64,000 bases of DNA, taken from NCBI GenBank assembly GCA_049840735.1, contig JASGJN010000025.1, positions 32,001-96,000 of the forward strand, written 5' to 3'. Position 1 is the stretch's first letter; each line of letters begins with the position of its first letter. The stretch comes from Anaeromyxobacter sp. Its GTDB lineage: Bacteria; Myxococcota; Myxococcia; Myxococcales; Anaeromyxobacteraceae. The position numbers were made by a program, and so were the translations under genes. The notes below the pieces were generated by a model that was given only the letters and a program-made list of their open reading frames with translations, had not been told where the DNA came from and did no database searches. Positions 41,667 to 52,400 of this stretch are shown piece after piece.

Positions 41667-42254
41667 CTACACCCCGCTCATCGGCGGAGGCGGCACCTCC
41701 AGGCGCTGGGCCACGGTGGACGCCGTTGCCTCCCCGAAGAGTGTCTCCACGGCCGCCAGGAAGCTGAGCTTGAACATCTCGGCCGAGCCGATGACCTGCG
41801 TGCGGCTCTCGTGGTAACGGGCCACGAGCGTATCGAGGTCCAGCGCCTGGACCGCGTGCACGTCCGCGATGCCCTGCAGGTCGTGCGCGTAGCCGCGCGC
41901 GATCTTCATGAGCGCGAGGTCGTGCCGCTCGGGCACGAAGACCTGGAGCTGGCGCAGTCCAGACAGCTCGAGGTGCAGACAGCGGTCCTCGTAGGAATAG
42001 GGCGGCTGGAAGATCCCGGCGGTCTCGATGGGCACGGGTTCGTGGGCCCGGAGACGGGCGCGATCCACGGCTGCCCAGAAGGCCTCGCCCTGGCCAGGCG
42101 TGAGGTCGATGTCAGTCGTTGCGTGCCGGGTGTCGTAGAGCAGGCCAATGGCTGCACCGCCGATCACGGTGATGCGTGTCGGCCGAGTGAGCTCCGCGTC
42201 CAGGACCCGCAGGAACCCGGCGAGCGCCTCGTAGCCGTAGCTACGTCGCGCCAT
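41667..42254 (-). CDS. DUF6036/AbiEii-like nucleotidyltransferase-fold protein
   Basis: VIGGAAI..HATTDIDL; DLALMK..R..HDLQGI. Confidence 0.78.
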   Translation of the reverse strand: MARRSYGYEALAGFLRVLDAELTRPTRITVIGGAAIGLLYDTRHATTDIDLTPGQGEAFWAAVDRARLRAHEPVPIETAGIFQPPYSYEDRCLHLELSGLRQLQVFVPERHDLALMKIARGYAHDLQGIADVHAVQALDLDTLVARYHESRTQVIGSAEMFKLSFLAAVETLFGEATASTVAQRLEVPPPPMSGV

Positions 42255-43011
42255 GCTTCCTCAGCGTCTCCCGGAACGCGTCCTCGGGCATGTTCAGGTA
42301 GAACTTCCACCGGGCAGCGCTGGCGGGGGTGCGCAGTCGCGCCAGCTTGCGATCGGCCGGCCCGTGGACGGGCAGGAAGAAGCGCTCGCGCTTCCTGCGG
42401 CCATCCGCGAGCTGGGCAGCCTCTCGTCGCAGCGCCGGGAGCCCTGCCACGTCGCTGGTGAGATCCAGGAGCATCCCAAGCTCCGCCTTGAGGTTGAGGC
42501 GGCGGGCGCGCTCCCGCAGGTCCGTCCAGTCCAGGTCGCCCGCGTGCTTCGCCAGCACCACCGGGAGGACCCGCAGGACCGTGGCGTCCGTGCGCGCGAG
42601 CTTCAGCGCGCGCACCAGGGTCTCCGCCAGCGGGTAGTGCCGGCGAGGCTCGTCCCCGAGCAGCGGGGCCCCGAAGGCGGTCAGGGACTCGCGAACGGCG
42701 CGCTGCTCCACCGTGGCCGCATCGGCGTCCGGCTTCGCTGAGCTCACCAGGCGTTTGAGCGCGGCCGCGACGGGGTGCTTGGGGTTCACGCGGATGAGGT
42801 GTGCGGGGCCGACGGCCTTGACCTCGAGGAGCCCGGCGTCGAGGAGCTTCTCGACCTCGACCGACACGGCTCGCGTCGTCAGGTGGGCGCGCCTCGCGAG
42901 CTCGCTCATCGATGCGGAGGAGACCTGCCCAGAGAACAGGGTCTCCAGGAGCGCTCGGCGCGCCTTGGACGGAAACAGCGCCCGGAGCGCGGTGCTCTCC
43001 TCCGACCCCAT
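42241..43011 (-). CDS. Winged-HTH protein with C-terminal extension (AbiEi-like partner)
   Basis: LFPSKARRALL..SELARRAHLTTRAVSVEVEKL..GLL; overlaps the downstream gene by 14 nt. Confidence 0.75.
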   Translation of the reverse strand: MGSEESTALRALFPSKARRALLETLFSGQVSSASMSELARRAHLTTRAVSVEVEKLLDAGLLEVKAVGPAHLIRVNPKHPVAAALKRLVSSAKPDADAATVEQRAVRESLTAFGAPLLGDEPRRHYPLAETLVRALKLARTDATVLRVLPVVLAKHAGDLDWTDLRERARRLNLKAELGMLLDLTSDVAGLPALRREAAQLADGRRKRERFFLPVHGPADRKLARLRTPASAARWKFYLNMPEDAFRETLRKHGAT

Positions 43012-43018
43012 GCAGGCG

Positions 43019-43047
43019 AAAGTGCTACTTGAGGTATCAGATGTCAA
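43019..43047 (-). promoter_or_regulatory. Sigma70-type promoter, leaderless start
   Basis: TTGACA-17 nt-CACTTT-7 nt-ATG(43011). Confidence 0.65.
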
Positions 43048-43169
43048 CCGCAGGCGAGTGACCATATCCGCCTGTTTCAAGAAGGTGGGTGCCCCCCGGG
43101 GCATCCCAGGAACGAAGACTCCGACCGCCTCGCGGCGATCGGGGTCCCGAGCCCGGCGCGCCGCGCTCG

Positions 43170-44363
43170 CTACACCAGCACGAGCTTCGCGATCTCCGGC
43201 GGCGAGCCGAGGCGCATGGGCGGGCCCCAGAAGCCGGTGCCGCGGTGGACGTAGATCTGGCCGCGGCGCTCGCCCTCGACGTGCGTGTGGAGGCCGCGGA
43301 CGTACGGGGTGCTGGCGGCCACCAGCAGGTTGAAGGGGATGATCTGGCCGCCGTGGGTGTGGCCGGAGAGCTGGAGGTCGGCGCCGGCGGCCACGGCGGC
43401 CTCGACGCCCCGCGGCTGGTGGGCGAGCAGGACCAGGGGCTTCTCGGGGTCGCGGCCGGCGAACGCGGTCGCGATGTTGGCGGGGTGGTCGTCGCGGGCG
43501 GCGCCGTAGTCCTCCACGCCGGCCAGCTCGAAGCTGGCGCCGGGCTCGCCGATGGTGGCGCGCTGGTTGCGCAGCACGCGGAAGCCGAGCTGGCGCAGCT
43601 TGGCCACCCAGGCGTCGGCGCCGGAGTAGTAGTCGTGGTTGCCGGTCACGAACCAGACGCCGTGCCGCGCCTGGAGCCGGCCCAGCAGGTCCACGTAACG
43701 CCCCAGGTCCTCCACGCTCCCGTCCACCAGGTCGCCGGTGATGGCGATGAGGTCGGGGCGCAGGCCGTTGGTCTGCTCCACCACCCGCCGCACCTCGCGC
43801 TCCTGGATCAGCGGGCCGACGTGCAGGTCGGAGATCTGGGCGATGGTGTAGCCGGAGAGCGCGCGGGGCAGCCGCTCCAGCTTCACCGGCACCTCCTCCA
43901 CCTGCGCCGGGCCGGTGGCGCTGCGGAAGGCCAGCGCGGTGGCGCCGCCGCCGGCCAGGAGCGCGCCGCCGGCGGCCACGCGGGCCACGAAGGCGCGGCG
44001 GGCCGGATCGGCCGGGGCCTCGGGCTGGCTGCGGAGCCAGTCGGAGAGGAGCGTCATGCCCTGCGCGGCCAGCCGGGCCAGGTCGAAGGCGGCCACGGCG
44101 CAGCAGAGGATGAAGCAGACGCCCAGCCAGCTGAAGGCGATGATGGGGAAGAACCGCTGGACCCAGCCCGAGCCGATGCGCACCGCGAACATGCCGGCCG
44201 GGACGGCGATGGCCAGCAGCACCACCAGCACCGTGGCCAGCCGGCGCCAGGGCTCGCCCAGGCCCGGGTCGCGGACCAGGCGCGCCCACAGGTACCAGTG
44301 CATGCCCGCGACGATGCCGAGGGCGACGGCCAGGAAGGCCAGGATGGAGAGGGTGCGCGGCAT
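43170..44363 (-). CDS. Membrane-bound metallophosphoesterase (YkuE-like)
   Basis: SDLH, TGDLVDG, GNHDYY, LAHQP, SGHTHGGQ motifs; N-terminal TMs. Confidence 0.93.
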   Translation of the reverse strand: MPRTLSILAFLAVALGIVAGMHWYLWARLVRDPGLGEPWRRLATVLVVLLAIAVPAGMFAVRIGSGWVQRFFPIIAFSWLGVCFILCCAVAAFDLARLAAQGMTLLSDWLRSQPEAPADPARRAFVARVAAGGALLAGGGATALAFRSATGPAQVEEVPVKLERLPRALSGYTIAQISDLHVGPLIQEREVRRVVEQTNGLRPDLIAITGDLVDGSVEDLGRYVDLLGRLQARHGVWFVTGNHDYYSGADAWVAKLRQLGFRVLRNQRATIGEPGASFELAGVEDYGAARDDHPANIATAFAGRDPEKPLVLLAHQPRGVEAAVAAGADLQLSGHTHGGQIIPFNLLVAASTPYVRGLHTHVEGERRGQIYVHRGTGFWGPPMRLGSPPEIAKLVLV

Positions 44364-44416
44364 CCGCGTAGCTCTAACGGACCTGCGGGCGGGGTGCCAG
44401 CGGGCAGGTGTCGCGC

Positions 44417-45172
44417 CTACCGCTCCACCATCAGCGTCGTGCTCGACTTCGTGGCGCCCCGCTCGCCGCCCCCCTCGCTGTGCTGGTCGAACTCGCGGCG
44501 GGTCACGACCAGCCGGTCGCCCACGTGCGCGAAGCGGTAGCGCTCCTGCTGCACGGAGGAGAAGCCGATCACCAGCATGGCGCGGCCGCTCGCCTTGACG
44601 CGCACCTCGGCCGCCAGCGGCACGCCGTCCTGGCCCAGCCAGAGGGACATGGTGGCGTCCAGCTCCTTCACGTACTTGCGCTGGCTGGCCGGGAGGTCCG
44701 GGTCGAGCCTCAGGCGGAGCAGCCGGGCCGGGGCGCCGTCCAGCGGCTCGTCCCGGGCCTCGAGCACGGTAGCGCGGTCCAGGTCGTGGCGCAGCTCGGC
44801 CGCGCCGTCGAGCAGGCGCGCGCAGGAGGCCGCGTCCAGGTCGGACATGGCGTCCATGACCGGCGTGCGCGCGTCGGCGTCGGCCGCGCGCCGGTCGCGC
44901 TCGCGGTGCAGCTCGTCCAGCGCTTCGCGCCCCCAGGTCACGGTGAGGCCGTCGGCGCCGGCCGCCAGGTGGGCGCGGGCTGGGGTGGCCTGACCGGTGG
45001 GCGCCGGCTGGCCGTCGCGCTGCCGCTCGAACCGGTGCTCGACCTGGGCGCGGATCGGCGCCGTGCCGGGCAGGGCGTCCAGCGTGGCCCGGAGCGCATC
45101 CAGCGGGGCCTGCGACAGGGCGGCGGGTGAGGCCAGCAGGCCGGCGGAGAGCAGCAGCGCGCTCAGGGTCAT
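44417..45172 (-). CDS. Secreted hypothetical protein
   Basis: Signal peptide; open frame with typical codon usage. Confidence 0.7.
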   Translation of the reverse strand: MTLSALLLSAGLLASPAALSQAPLDALRATLDALPGTAPIRAQVEHRFERQRDGQPAPTGQATPARAHLAAGADGLTVTWGREALDELHRERDRRAADADARTPVMDAMSDLDAASCARLLDGAAELRHDLDRATVLEARDEPLDGAPARLLRLRLDPDLPASQRKYVKELDATMSLWLGQDGVPLAAEVRVKASGRAMLVIGFSSVQQERYRFAHVGDRLVVTRREFDQHSEGGGERGATKSSTTLMVER

Positions 45173-45330
45173 GGAGGGTCTCCCAGGCCCCGGAACGCCC
45201 GGGCGGGCAGGGCATTCCCGGACTTCACCTCCAGAAAAGCGGAGGCCGCGCCCCGGTCCTCCTCCGGACCAGGTGCGCGGCCTCCCGGGACCACCCGCGG
45301 CGCCCCGGGCGCCGCAGGTGGCCGCCCCGG

Positions 45331-45738
45331 CTACCGCCAGGCCGTCATGTTCAGCGACTGCCAGCGGCGGTCCAGCTCGGCGCGCTGCGCCATGTACCAG
45401 CGGTCGTAGCGGACCAGCTTGCGCGGGTGGAAGGCCCAGCGCGCGTGGAAGGCGTTGCGGTCGGCCTCGAGGCGGGCGTACTCGGCGCGCAGCTCGTTCC
45501 GCTGGTGCTCACGCCAGGCGGTGTGGCGGAAGCCGGGGCGGTGGTCGGGGCGATGGTCCGGCCGGTACTCCGGGCGGACGCTGACGTTGGCCGCGACCCA
45601 GGCGCCGGCGGGCGGCGGGGGCTGCACCACCACCACCGGCGCGGGGGCCGGGCGGCGGTCGTCGTCGCAGGGGTGCGCGGCGGCGGGAAGGGCGAGGGCG
45701 GCGAGGGCGGCGACTGCGGCGAGCTTCGGGGCGTTCAT
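45331..45738 (-). CDS. Small secreted Arg/His-rich hypothetical protein
   Basis: GGAGGA RBS; signal peptide MNAPKLAAVAALAALALPAAAH. Confidence 0.7.
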   Translation of the reverse strand: MNAPKLAAVAALAALALPAAAHPCDDDRRPAPAPVVVVQPPPPAGAWVAANVSVRPEYRPDHRPDHRPGFRHTAWREHQRNELRAEYARLEADRNAFHARWAFHPRKLVRYDRWYMAQRAELDRRWQSLNMTAWR

Positions 45739-45797
45739 CGTTCTCCTCCGGTGACTCTCACGTACTCACCGGAGGGACGGGCCGGGCCGCCGGATAT

Positions 45798-46145
45798 TCA
45801 CGGCCGCGCGGAGCGGCTCTCCCGCAGCCGTTCCAGCTTGGCCGCCACGATGAAGTCGTTCTCCGAGAGGCCGCCCACCGAGTGGGTCCAGAGCGTCACG
45901 TCCACGGTGCTGTAGTGGACGGTGAAGTCCGGGTGGTGCCCCTCCGCCTCGGCCAGGTCGGCCAGCGCGTTCACGAACTCCATGGCCTGGACGAAGTCCT
46001 TGAACCTGAACTCCTTGTGCAGCTTGCCGTGGCCGTCGCGGACGTCCCAGCCCTGGAGCGAGCGGGCCGCCTCCTCCACCTGGGCCGGGGTCATGGCGGG
46101 CGTGCCGCCCTCGCAGGGGACGCAGCGCTTCTGGGTGAAGTCCAT
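45798..46145 (-). CDS. phhB: Pterin-4-alpha-carbinolamine dehydratase
   Basis: CVPCEGG; FRFKDF; EGHHPD; WTHSVGGLSENDF. Confidence 0.93.
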   Translation of the reverse strand: MDFTQKRCVPCEGGTPAMTPAQVEEAARSLQGWDVRDGHGKLHKEFRFKDFVQAMEFVNALADLAEAEGHHPDFTVHYSTVDVTLWTHSVGGLSENDFIVAAKLERLRESRSARP

Positions 46146-46258
46146 GCCGCAGCCTCTGCGGGCGCGCCCGGCCCCGCGCAAGGCCAAGGCGGGACCTCTG
46201 GCGCCCACGGGCGAGAGGACGTTCACCCCGGCCGGCGCGGCTGGCATACTCGCCCGCC

Positions 46259-46630
46259 ATGGTCCGGCTCTTCCTGGTGGCGGGTGCGATCTCTGGGGCG
46301 GTGGCGGTGGCGGCGGGCGCGTTCGGGGCCCACGCCCTGAAGGCCCGGCTCGCGCCCGACCTGCTGGCCGTCTTCCAGACCGGCGCGCAGTACCAGATGT
46401 ACCACGCGCTCGCACTGCTGGCGGCGGGCTGGGTGGCCGCGCGGGCGCCCGGCGGCGCGTCCACGGTGGCCGGCGTCGGCTTCCTGCTCGGCACCGTGCT
46501 CTTCTCCGGCAGCCTCTACGCGCTGGCGCTCTCCGGCGTGCGCGGGCTGGGGGCCATCACGCCGCTGGGCGGCGTGGCCTTCATCGCGGGGTGGGTGGCG
46601 CTCGCCTTCGCCGCCCTGCGCGCCGGCTGA
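46259..46630 (+). CDS. DUF423 membrane protein
   Basis: GAFGAHAL; YQMYHAL; LFSGSLY; GAITPLGG. Confidence 0.93.
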   Translation: MVRLFLVAGAISGAVAVAAGAFGAHALKARLAPDLLAVFQTGAQYQMYHALALLAAGWVAARAPGGASTVAGVGFLLGTVLFSGSLYALALSGVRGLGAITPLGGVAFIAGWVALAFAALRAG

Positions 46631-46725
46631 GGGCGTCCGGACCCGCGTCCCACGCGGACGGTGCGCCCGCGGCGTGCCGCGGCGCTCGCCTGGCGAGCCC
46701 CGGCCGTGGCAGAGTCGCTCTCCGC

Positions 46726-48036
46726 ATGTCCGATCCCGCCACCGCGAAGCCGCGCTTCCCGCCGTCCATCAAGTTCCTGGCCTGGAACGAGGCCGCCGAG
46801 CGGTTCTCGTACTACGGGATGGCCTCCATCCTGTCGATCTACATGCGGGACCACCTCGGCCTGGCGGAGCACGAGGCCACCGCCTGGTACCAGGTCTTCG
46901 TGGCCGCGGTGTACCTGACCCCGCTGGCCGGCGCGATCCTCTCCGACGTGCTGTGGGGGCGCTACCGCACCATCCTCTGGCTGTCGCTCGGCTACGTCGC
47001 CGGCCACGCCACGCTGGCGCTGTGGGAGACGGGCTGGGGGCTGGCGGCGGGGCTCGGCCTCATCGCCGCCGGCGCCGGCGGCATCAAGCCCTGCGCGTCC
47101 GCCTTCGCCGGCGATCAGCTCCCGCCCGGCGACGACACGCTGCTGCAGCGGCTCTACAACCTCTACTACTGGATGATCAACATCGGCTCCACGGTGGGCA
47201 CGATCGTCATCCCGCTCCTGCTGGTCACCGCCGGCCCGTCCACGGCCTTCGGCGTGCCGGGCCTGGCCATGGCGGCGGCGCTCCTCATCTTCTGGATCGG
47301 CCGCTCCACCTACAAGCACGTGCCCCCGGCCATCGACCGGAGCGCCGCGCCCGGGCCCGCCGACGGCGACCCGAGCTGGCGGGTGGTCCTCCGCATCATC
47401 GCGGTGTTCCTGCCGGTCTCGACCTTCTGGGCGCTCTTCTTCCAGTACGGCTCGGCCTGGACCTTCCAGGCGGACGCGATGGCGCGGCACGTGCTCGGCG
47501 TGGAGCTGCAGGCGGCGCAGGTCACCACCCTCAACGCCATCTCGGTGCTGACGCTCATCCCGGTCTTCTCGCTCTGGATCTACCCCGCGGTGGAGCGGCT
47601 GGGCGTCAAGGCCACCGCGCTGCGCAAGATGAGCGTGGGGATGTTCGTGGCGGTGCTCTCCTTCGTGGCCGCGGCCCTGGTGGAGGCCGCGCTCCAGCAC
47701 GCCAAGGCGACCGGCGCCGCGCCGCCGCACGTGGCCTGGCAGGTGCCGCAGTACGTGCTCATGGCCGCGGCCGAGGTGCTGGTCTCGGTGACCGCGCTCG
47801 AGTTCGCCTTCGCCCAGGCGCCGGCCCGGCTGAAGAGCGTGATCATGGGCATCTGGTACCTGACCATCGCCTCCGGCTCGATCACCACCGCCATCGTGGC
47901 CAGGCTCAACCGCTACCAGGGCGTGGCCTACTACGCCTTCTTCGCGGAGCTGATGCTGGGCGGCGCGGTCCTCTTCGCGCTGGTCGCCTGGTGGTACCCG
48001 GTCCGGCGCGCCGCGGCGGCGCAGCCGGCGGCCTAG
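46726..48036 (+). CDS. POT/PTR family proton-dependent oligopeptide transporter
   Basis: EAAERFSYYG (ExxERF); GGIKPC; LEFAF.QAP. Confidence 0.93.
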   Translation: MSDPATAKPRFPPSIKFLAWNEAAERFSYYGMASILSIYMRDHLGLAEHEATAWYQVFVAAVYLTPLAGAILSDVLWGRYRTILWLSLGYVAGHATLALWETGWGLAAGLGLIAAGAGGIKPCASAFAGDQLPPGDDTLLQRLYNLYYWMINIGSTVGTIVIPLLLVTAGPSTAFGVPGLAMAAALLIFWIGRSTYKHVPPAIDRSAAPGPADGDPSWRVVLRIIAVFLPVSTFWALFFQYGSAWTFQADAMARHVLGVELQAAQVTTLNAISVLTLIPVFSLWIYPAVERLGVKATALRKMSVGMFVAVLSFVAAALVEAALQHAKATGAAPPHVAWQVPQYVLMAAAEVLVSVTALEFAFAQAPARLKSVIMGIWYLTIASGSITTAIVARLNRYQGVAYYAFFAELMLGGAVLFALVAWWYPVRRAAAAQPAA

Positions 48037-48045
48037 AGGGCACCG

Positions 48046-49434
48046 ATGGCGAGCGACCGCTACCCGCCGCAGATCAAGTACATCGTCGGGAACGAGGCCT
48101 GCGAGCGCTTCTCCTTCTACGGCGTGAGCTCGATCCTGGTCCTCTACATGGGCCAGTTCCTGCTCTACGGGAAGCAGGAGGCGACCGCCATCTACCACCT
48201 GTTCGTGGCGGTCAGCTACCTGACGCCGATGGTGGGCGGGTACGTGGCCGACCGGCTCACCGGGCGCTACGCGGTCATCCTCTACGTCTCGCTGGCCTAC
48301 GTCCTGGGCCACGCGGTGCTGGCCCTCTGGGAGACGCGGGTCGGGCTGTGGGTGGGGCTGCTGCTCATCGCGGCCGGCGCGGGCGGCATCAAGCCCTGCG
48401 TCTCGGCCTTCGTGGGGGACCAGTTCCCGCCGGACCGGAAGCGGCTCCTGGAGCGCGTCTACGGCTGGTTCTACTGGATCATCAACCTCGGCTCGGCCTC
48501 GGCCAAGTCGCTCATCCCCTGGCTCATGAAGGATCACGGGCCGGCGATGGCCTTCGCGCCGCCCGGGATCGCCATGGCCCTGGCGGTGGTGGTATTCTGG
48601 GTGGGCCGCCGGCACTACGTGCGCACGCCGCCCTCCGGCCCCAACCCGCACGCCTTCCTCAAGGTCACCTTCCACGCCCTGCGCCGCGCCGGCACCGGCC
48701 GCGCCGGGGAGCACTGGCTGGACGTGGCGCGGGACCAGCACCCGGCCGATGCGGTGGAGGGCGCCAAGTCGGTCTACCGGCTGCTGGGGATCTTCGCCGC
48801 CGTGACCCTCTTCTGGTCGCTCTTCGACCAGAAGTCCTCGCGCTGGGTCCAGCAGGCGCAGCAGATGGACCTGACCTTCTTCGGCCGCGAGGTCTCGCCG
48901 GCGCAGATCCAGGTCATGAACCCGCTGCTGGTGATGGCGCTCATCCCGCTCTTCACCTGGGGGGTGTTCCCGCTGCTGGAGCGGTGGGGCGTGCGGCTCA
49001 CGCCGCTGCGCAAGATGACCGCGGGGATGTTCGTGACCGTGCTCTCCTTCGTGGCCTCTGCCACGGTGCAGACGCTGCTCGACGGCGGCCAGCAGCTGCA
49101 CGCGCTCTGGCAGGCGCCGCAGTACCTGCTGCTCACCTCCGCCGAGGTGCTGGTCTCGGTCACCGGCCTCGAGTTCGCGTACACCCAGGCGCCGCGGGCC
49201 ATGCGCAGCACCATCATGTCCTTCTGGTTCCTGACCGTGTTCCTGGGCAACCTGCTGGTGAGCGCGCTCAACCTGCTGCTCCGGCTCGACGGCGCGCCCT
49301 ACTACTGGGTCTTCGCCGTGCTGATGCTGCTGGCCGCGCTGGCCTTCCAGTGGGTGGCCCGGCGCTACCGCCCGGTCGAGGCCCCGGCGCCGACGCCGGC
49401 CGCCGCCGGCTCCTCCGGCACGCCGTCCACGTAG
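48046..49434 (+). CDS. POT/PTR family oligopeptide transporter (second paralog)
   Basis: EACERFSFYG; GGIKPCVSAFVGDQF; GLEFAYTQAP. Confidence 0.93.
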   Translation: MASDRYPPQIKYIVGNEACERFSFYGVSSILVLYMGQFLLYGKQEATAIYHLFVAVSYLTPMVGGYVADRLTGRYAVILYVSLAYVLGHAVLALWETRVGLWVGLLLIAAGAGGIKPCVSAFVGDQFPPDRKRLLERVYGWFYWIINLGSASAKSLIPWLMKDHGPAMAFAPPGIAMALAVVVFWVGRRHYVRTPPSGPNPHAFLKVTFHALRRAGTGRAGEHWLDVARDQHPADAVEGAKSVYRLLGIFAAVTLFWSLFDQKSSRWVQQAQQMDLTFFGREVSPAQIQVMNPLLVMALIPLFTWGVFPLLERWGVRLTPLRKMTAGMFVTVLSFVASATVQTLLDGGQQLHALWQAPQYLLLTSAEVLVSVTGLEFAYTQAPRAMRSTIMSFWFLTVFLGNLLVSALNLLLRLDGAPYYWVFAVLMLLAALAFQWVARRYRPVEAPAPTPAAAGSSGTPST

Positions 49435-52400
49435 ACCACGCGCCGCGCCCCGCCCGCCGGCACGCGCGGGCCGGGCGTGAGCAGGCCGGCCAGGTTGAGC
49501 GGGTCGGCCGCCGAGAGCGACACCTGCTCCCCCTCGCGCGGCGCGCGCCGCACCGCCCGCAGCGCGTCCACCGCCTCGGGCAGCGCAAACTGCTCGCCGG
49601 AGCGGCCGGCGGCGAAGCGGCCGCCGCGCACCGTCCCGCGCGCCTCCAGCCGGCGCAGCACCCGCACCAGCTCGCGCCAGGGCGGCGCGCCCGGCTCGCG
49701 GGCCAGGAGGTCGCGGAAGACCACGCCGTAGCGGCGCAGCAGCTGCTGGGCCACGCGCTCCGCCAGCTCCGGCTCGCCCGCCGCGCCCGGCCCGGGCTCG
49801 GCCCCGCGCAGGAGCGACCAGCGCCCCCCGCCGCCGCGCCGCCCGCCGCCCAGCAGCGCGCGCAGCCCGGCGAAGCCGTCGCAGGTGGCCAGGCCGGCCG
49901 ACAAGAGCTCCCACAGCGCCGCCTCCACGTCCGCCGCCGGCCGCCCCGTGGCCGCGGCCAGCTCGGCCGGGAAGGAGGCCCCGCGCCGCTCCAGCGCGGC
50001 CCGGGAGATCGCGCGCGCCGGGGGAGAGCGCACCCCCGTTCGCGCTGAGCGTAGCCCCGCCAGCAGGCGGGGCGGAGTCGAAGCGCCTTCCCGCCGCCGC
50101 CAGCAGCCAGGGCAGGTCCTCGCGCAGCACCAGCGTCACCGGGGCCGCGCGGGTGGGCGTGAGCCGGCGCTCCCCCTCGCCGGCCGGCGAGGCCGCGGTG
50201 AGCCGTCCCCAGGCCACCTCGCCGGAGAGGCAGAGCGCGTCCAGCCAGGCCGGGTCGTAGCCGGCCACGCGCGCCGGCAGGAGCTCGCGCTCCCAGGCGC
50301 CGGCGGCGGCCTCGAACCCCTGCAGCTGCCCGATCACCTCCGCCAGGCCGCGCGCGCCGTGCAGCCGCGCGCCCGGGGCGGCGTGCTGCCAGCGCAGCAG
50401 GAAGCGGAGCAGGTCGGCGGTGGAGACCGGCTCGAATCTCCCGCCGCAGCCGGCCCAGGGTCAGCCGGTGGATGCGCGCCAGCAGCGTCCGCTCGCACCA
50501 GTGCGGCGCCTCGACGGACCAGGGCGCGCCGGGGAGGAACTGCCCGCGCAGCACCAGCCCCTCCGCCTCCAGCAGCTCCAGCGCGCCCGCCACCAGCCGC
50601 TCGGGCAGCGCCAGCCGCGCGGCCAGCGCCGCGGCCGTGAGCGGGCCGCTCCGCCCCACCCAGCCCCGCACCACCTCCGCCACCGCCGCCAGCTCGCCCG
50701 CCAGCGCGCCTCCGGCCAGCTCGGCGCGCTCGGTGGCCACGGCCCACCCCTCGCGCACCCGCGCCCGCCCCGCCGCGCCCAGCTCCGCCAGCAGCGGGCC
50801 CCAGCCGGCCGCGTGGGCCTCGCCGGCCGGCAGCAGCACCAGGTCGAGCAGCAGCGCGTGCAGCTCGTCGGCGTCGCGCAGGTCCGGCCTCACCTGCGCC
50901 TCCACCTCGGCGATGGCCTCCGGCGAGAGCGCGCCCAGCTCCGCCGCCTCCGCCGCCGGCAGCCCCCGCCGCACCGCCACCGCGCGCGCCCGCCGCTCCT
51001 CCAGCGGCGCGTCGTCCAGGTAGGCCCAGGGGCGGGCCCCGAGCAGCTCGTGCGCCAGCGGCGAGGGCTCGGGCGTGTCCACCGCCAGGAGCCGGATCTC
51101 GCCGCGGGCGATCTCGCCCAGCAGCGCGCGCAGCGCCGGCGCGTCCATGGCCTCGGTCAGGCAGTCGCGCAGCGCCTCGTGGACCAGCGGGTGATCCGGG
51201 ACCTCGATGGGCCCGCCGGGCGCGTTGTCCTGGCAGGCCACCTGGGCCGGGAAGACCGCCGCCAGCAGGTCCTCGGCCCGCATCCGCGCCACCGGCGGCG
51301 GCACCTTGCGCCCGCCCAGCACCCGCGGCAGCGCCAGCGCCCGGGTGGCCGCCCACCGCCAGCGGACGCCGAACATGGGCGCCTGCAGCACCGCCTGCGT
51401 CAGCACCTCGTCCACCGCGGCCTCGTTCACCAGGTGGAAGATCGACTCCAGCGGGAAGGCGTGCTGCGCGCCCAGCGAGAGGAGCACGCCCTCGTCGGTG
51501 GCCGCGGCCTGCAGCTCGAAGTCGAAGGTCCGGCAGAAGCGCTTGCGCAGCGCCAGCCCCAGGGCCCGGTTGACCCGCGCGCCCAGCGGCGCGTGCACCA
51601 CCAGCTGCATCCCGCCGCTCTCGTCGAAGAAGCGCTCCGCCACGAAGGTGCGGCGGGTGGGCAGCGCGCCCAGCGCCGCCCTGCCGGCGGCCAGGTACTC
51701 CACCACCAGCCGCGCGCCCGCTGGCGGCAGCGCGCACTCCGCCTCCAGCCAGGCCGCCGCCGCGGCCGGATTCGGGGAGCCGCGGCTCCAGGTCCTCGCG
51801 CAGGGCCGAGACCTCGGTCGACAGCTCGCGGCTGCGCCCCGGCGCCTCGCCGTTCCAGAACGGGACCGTGGGCGGCGCGCCGCGGGCGTCCTCGACCCGC
51901 ACCGCCGCCGCCTCCACCCGGCGCACGCGCCAGCCGGTGTTGCCCAGCAGGAAGACGTCGCCGGCCAGGCTCTCCACCGCGAAGTCCTCGTCCACCTGGC
52001 CGACCACCACCCCCTCCGGCTCGGCCACCACCGCGTACTGGGCGGTGTCCGGGATGGTGCCGGCGCCGGTGAGCGCCGCCAGCCGCGCCCCGCGCCGGCC
52101 GCGCACCGTGCCGCTCACGCCGTCGCGGTGCAGGAGCGCGGCGCGCCGGCCGCGCCGGGCCACCCCCTCGGCCAGGAGCGCCAGCACCGCGTCGAAGGCG
52201 GCGCGTGGCAGGTCGCGGTAGGGCCAGGCCCGGGTGACCAGCGCGTAGAGCCGGTCCTCGTGGATGGGGGCGCAGCTCGCCTCGGCGGCCAGCTGCTGCG
52301 CGAGCACGTCCAGCGGCGCCTCCGGCGCGCGCAGCGCCTCCAGCGTCCCGCGGCGCAGCCCGCGCACCAGCGCGGCGCACTCCACCAGCTCGTCGCGCGT

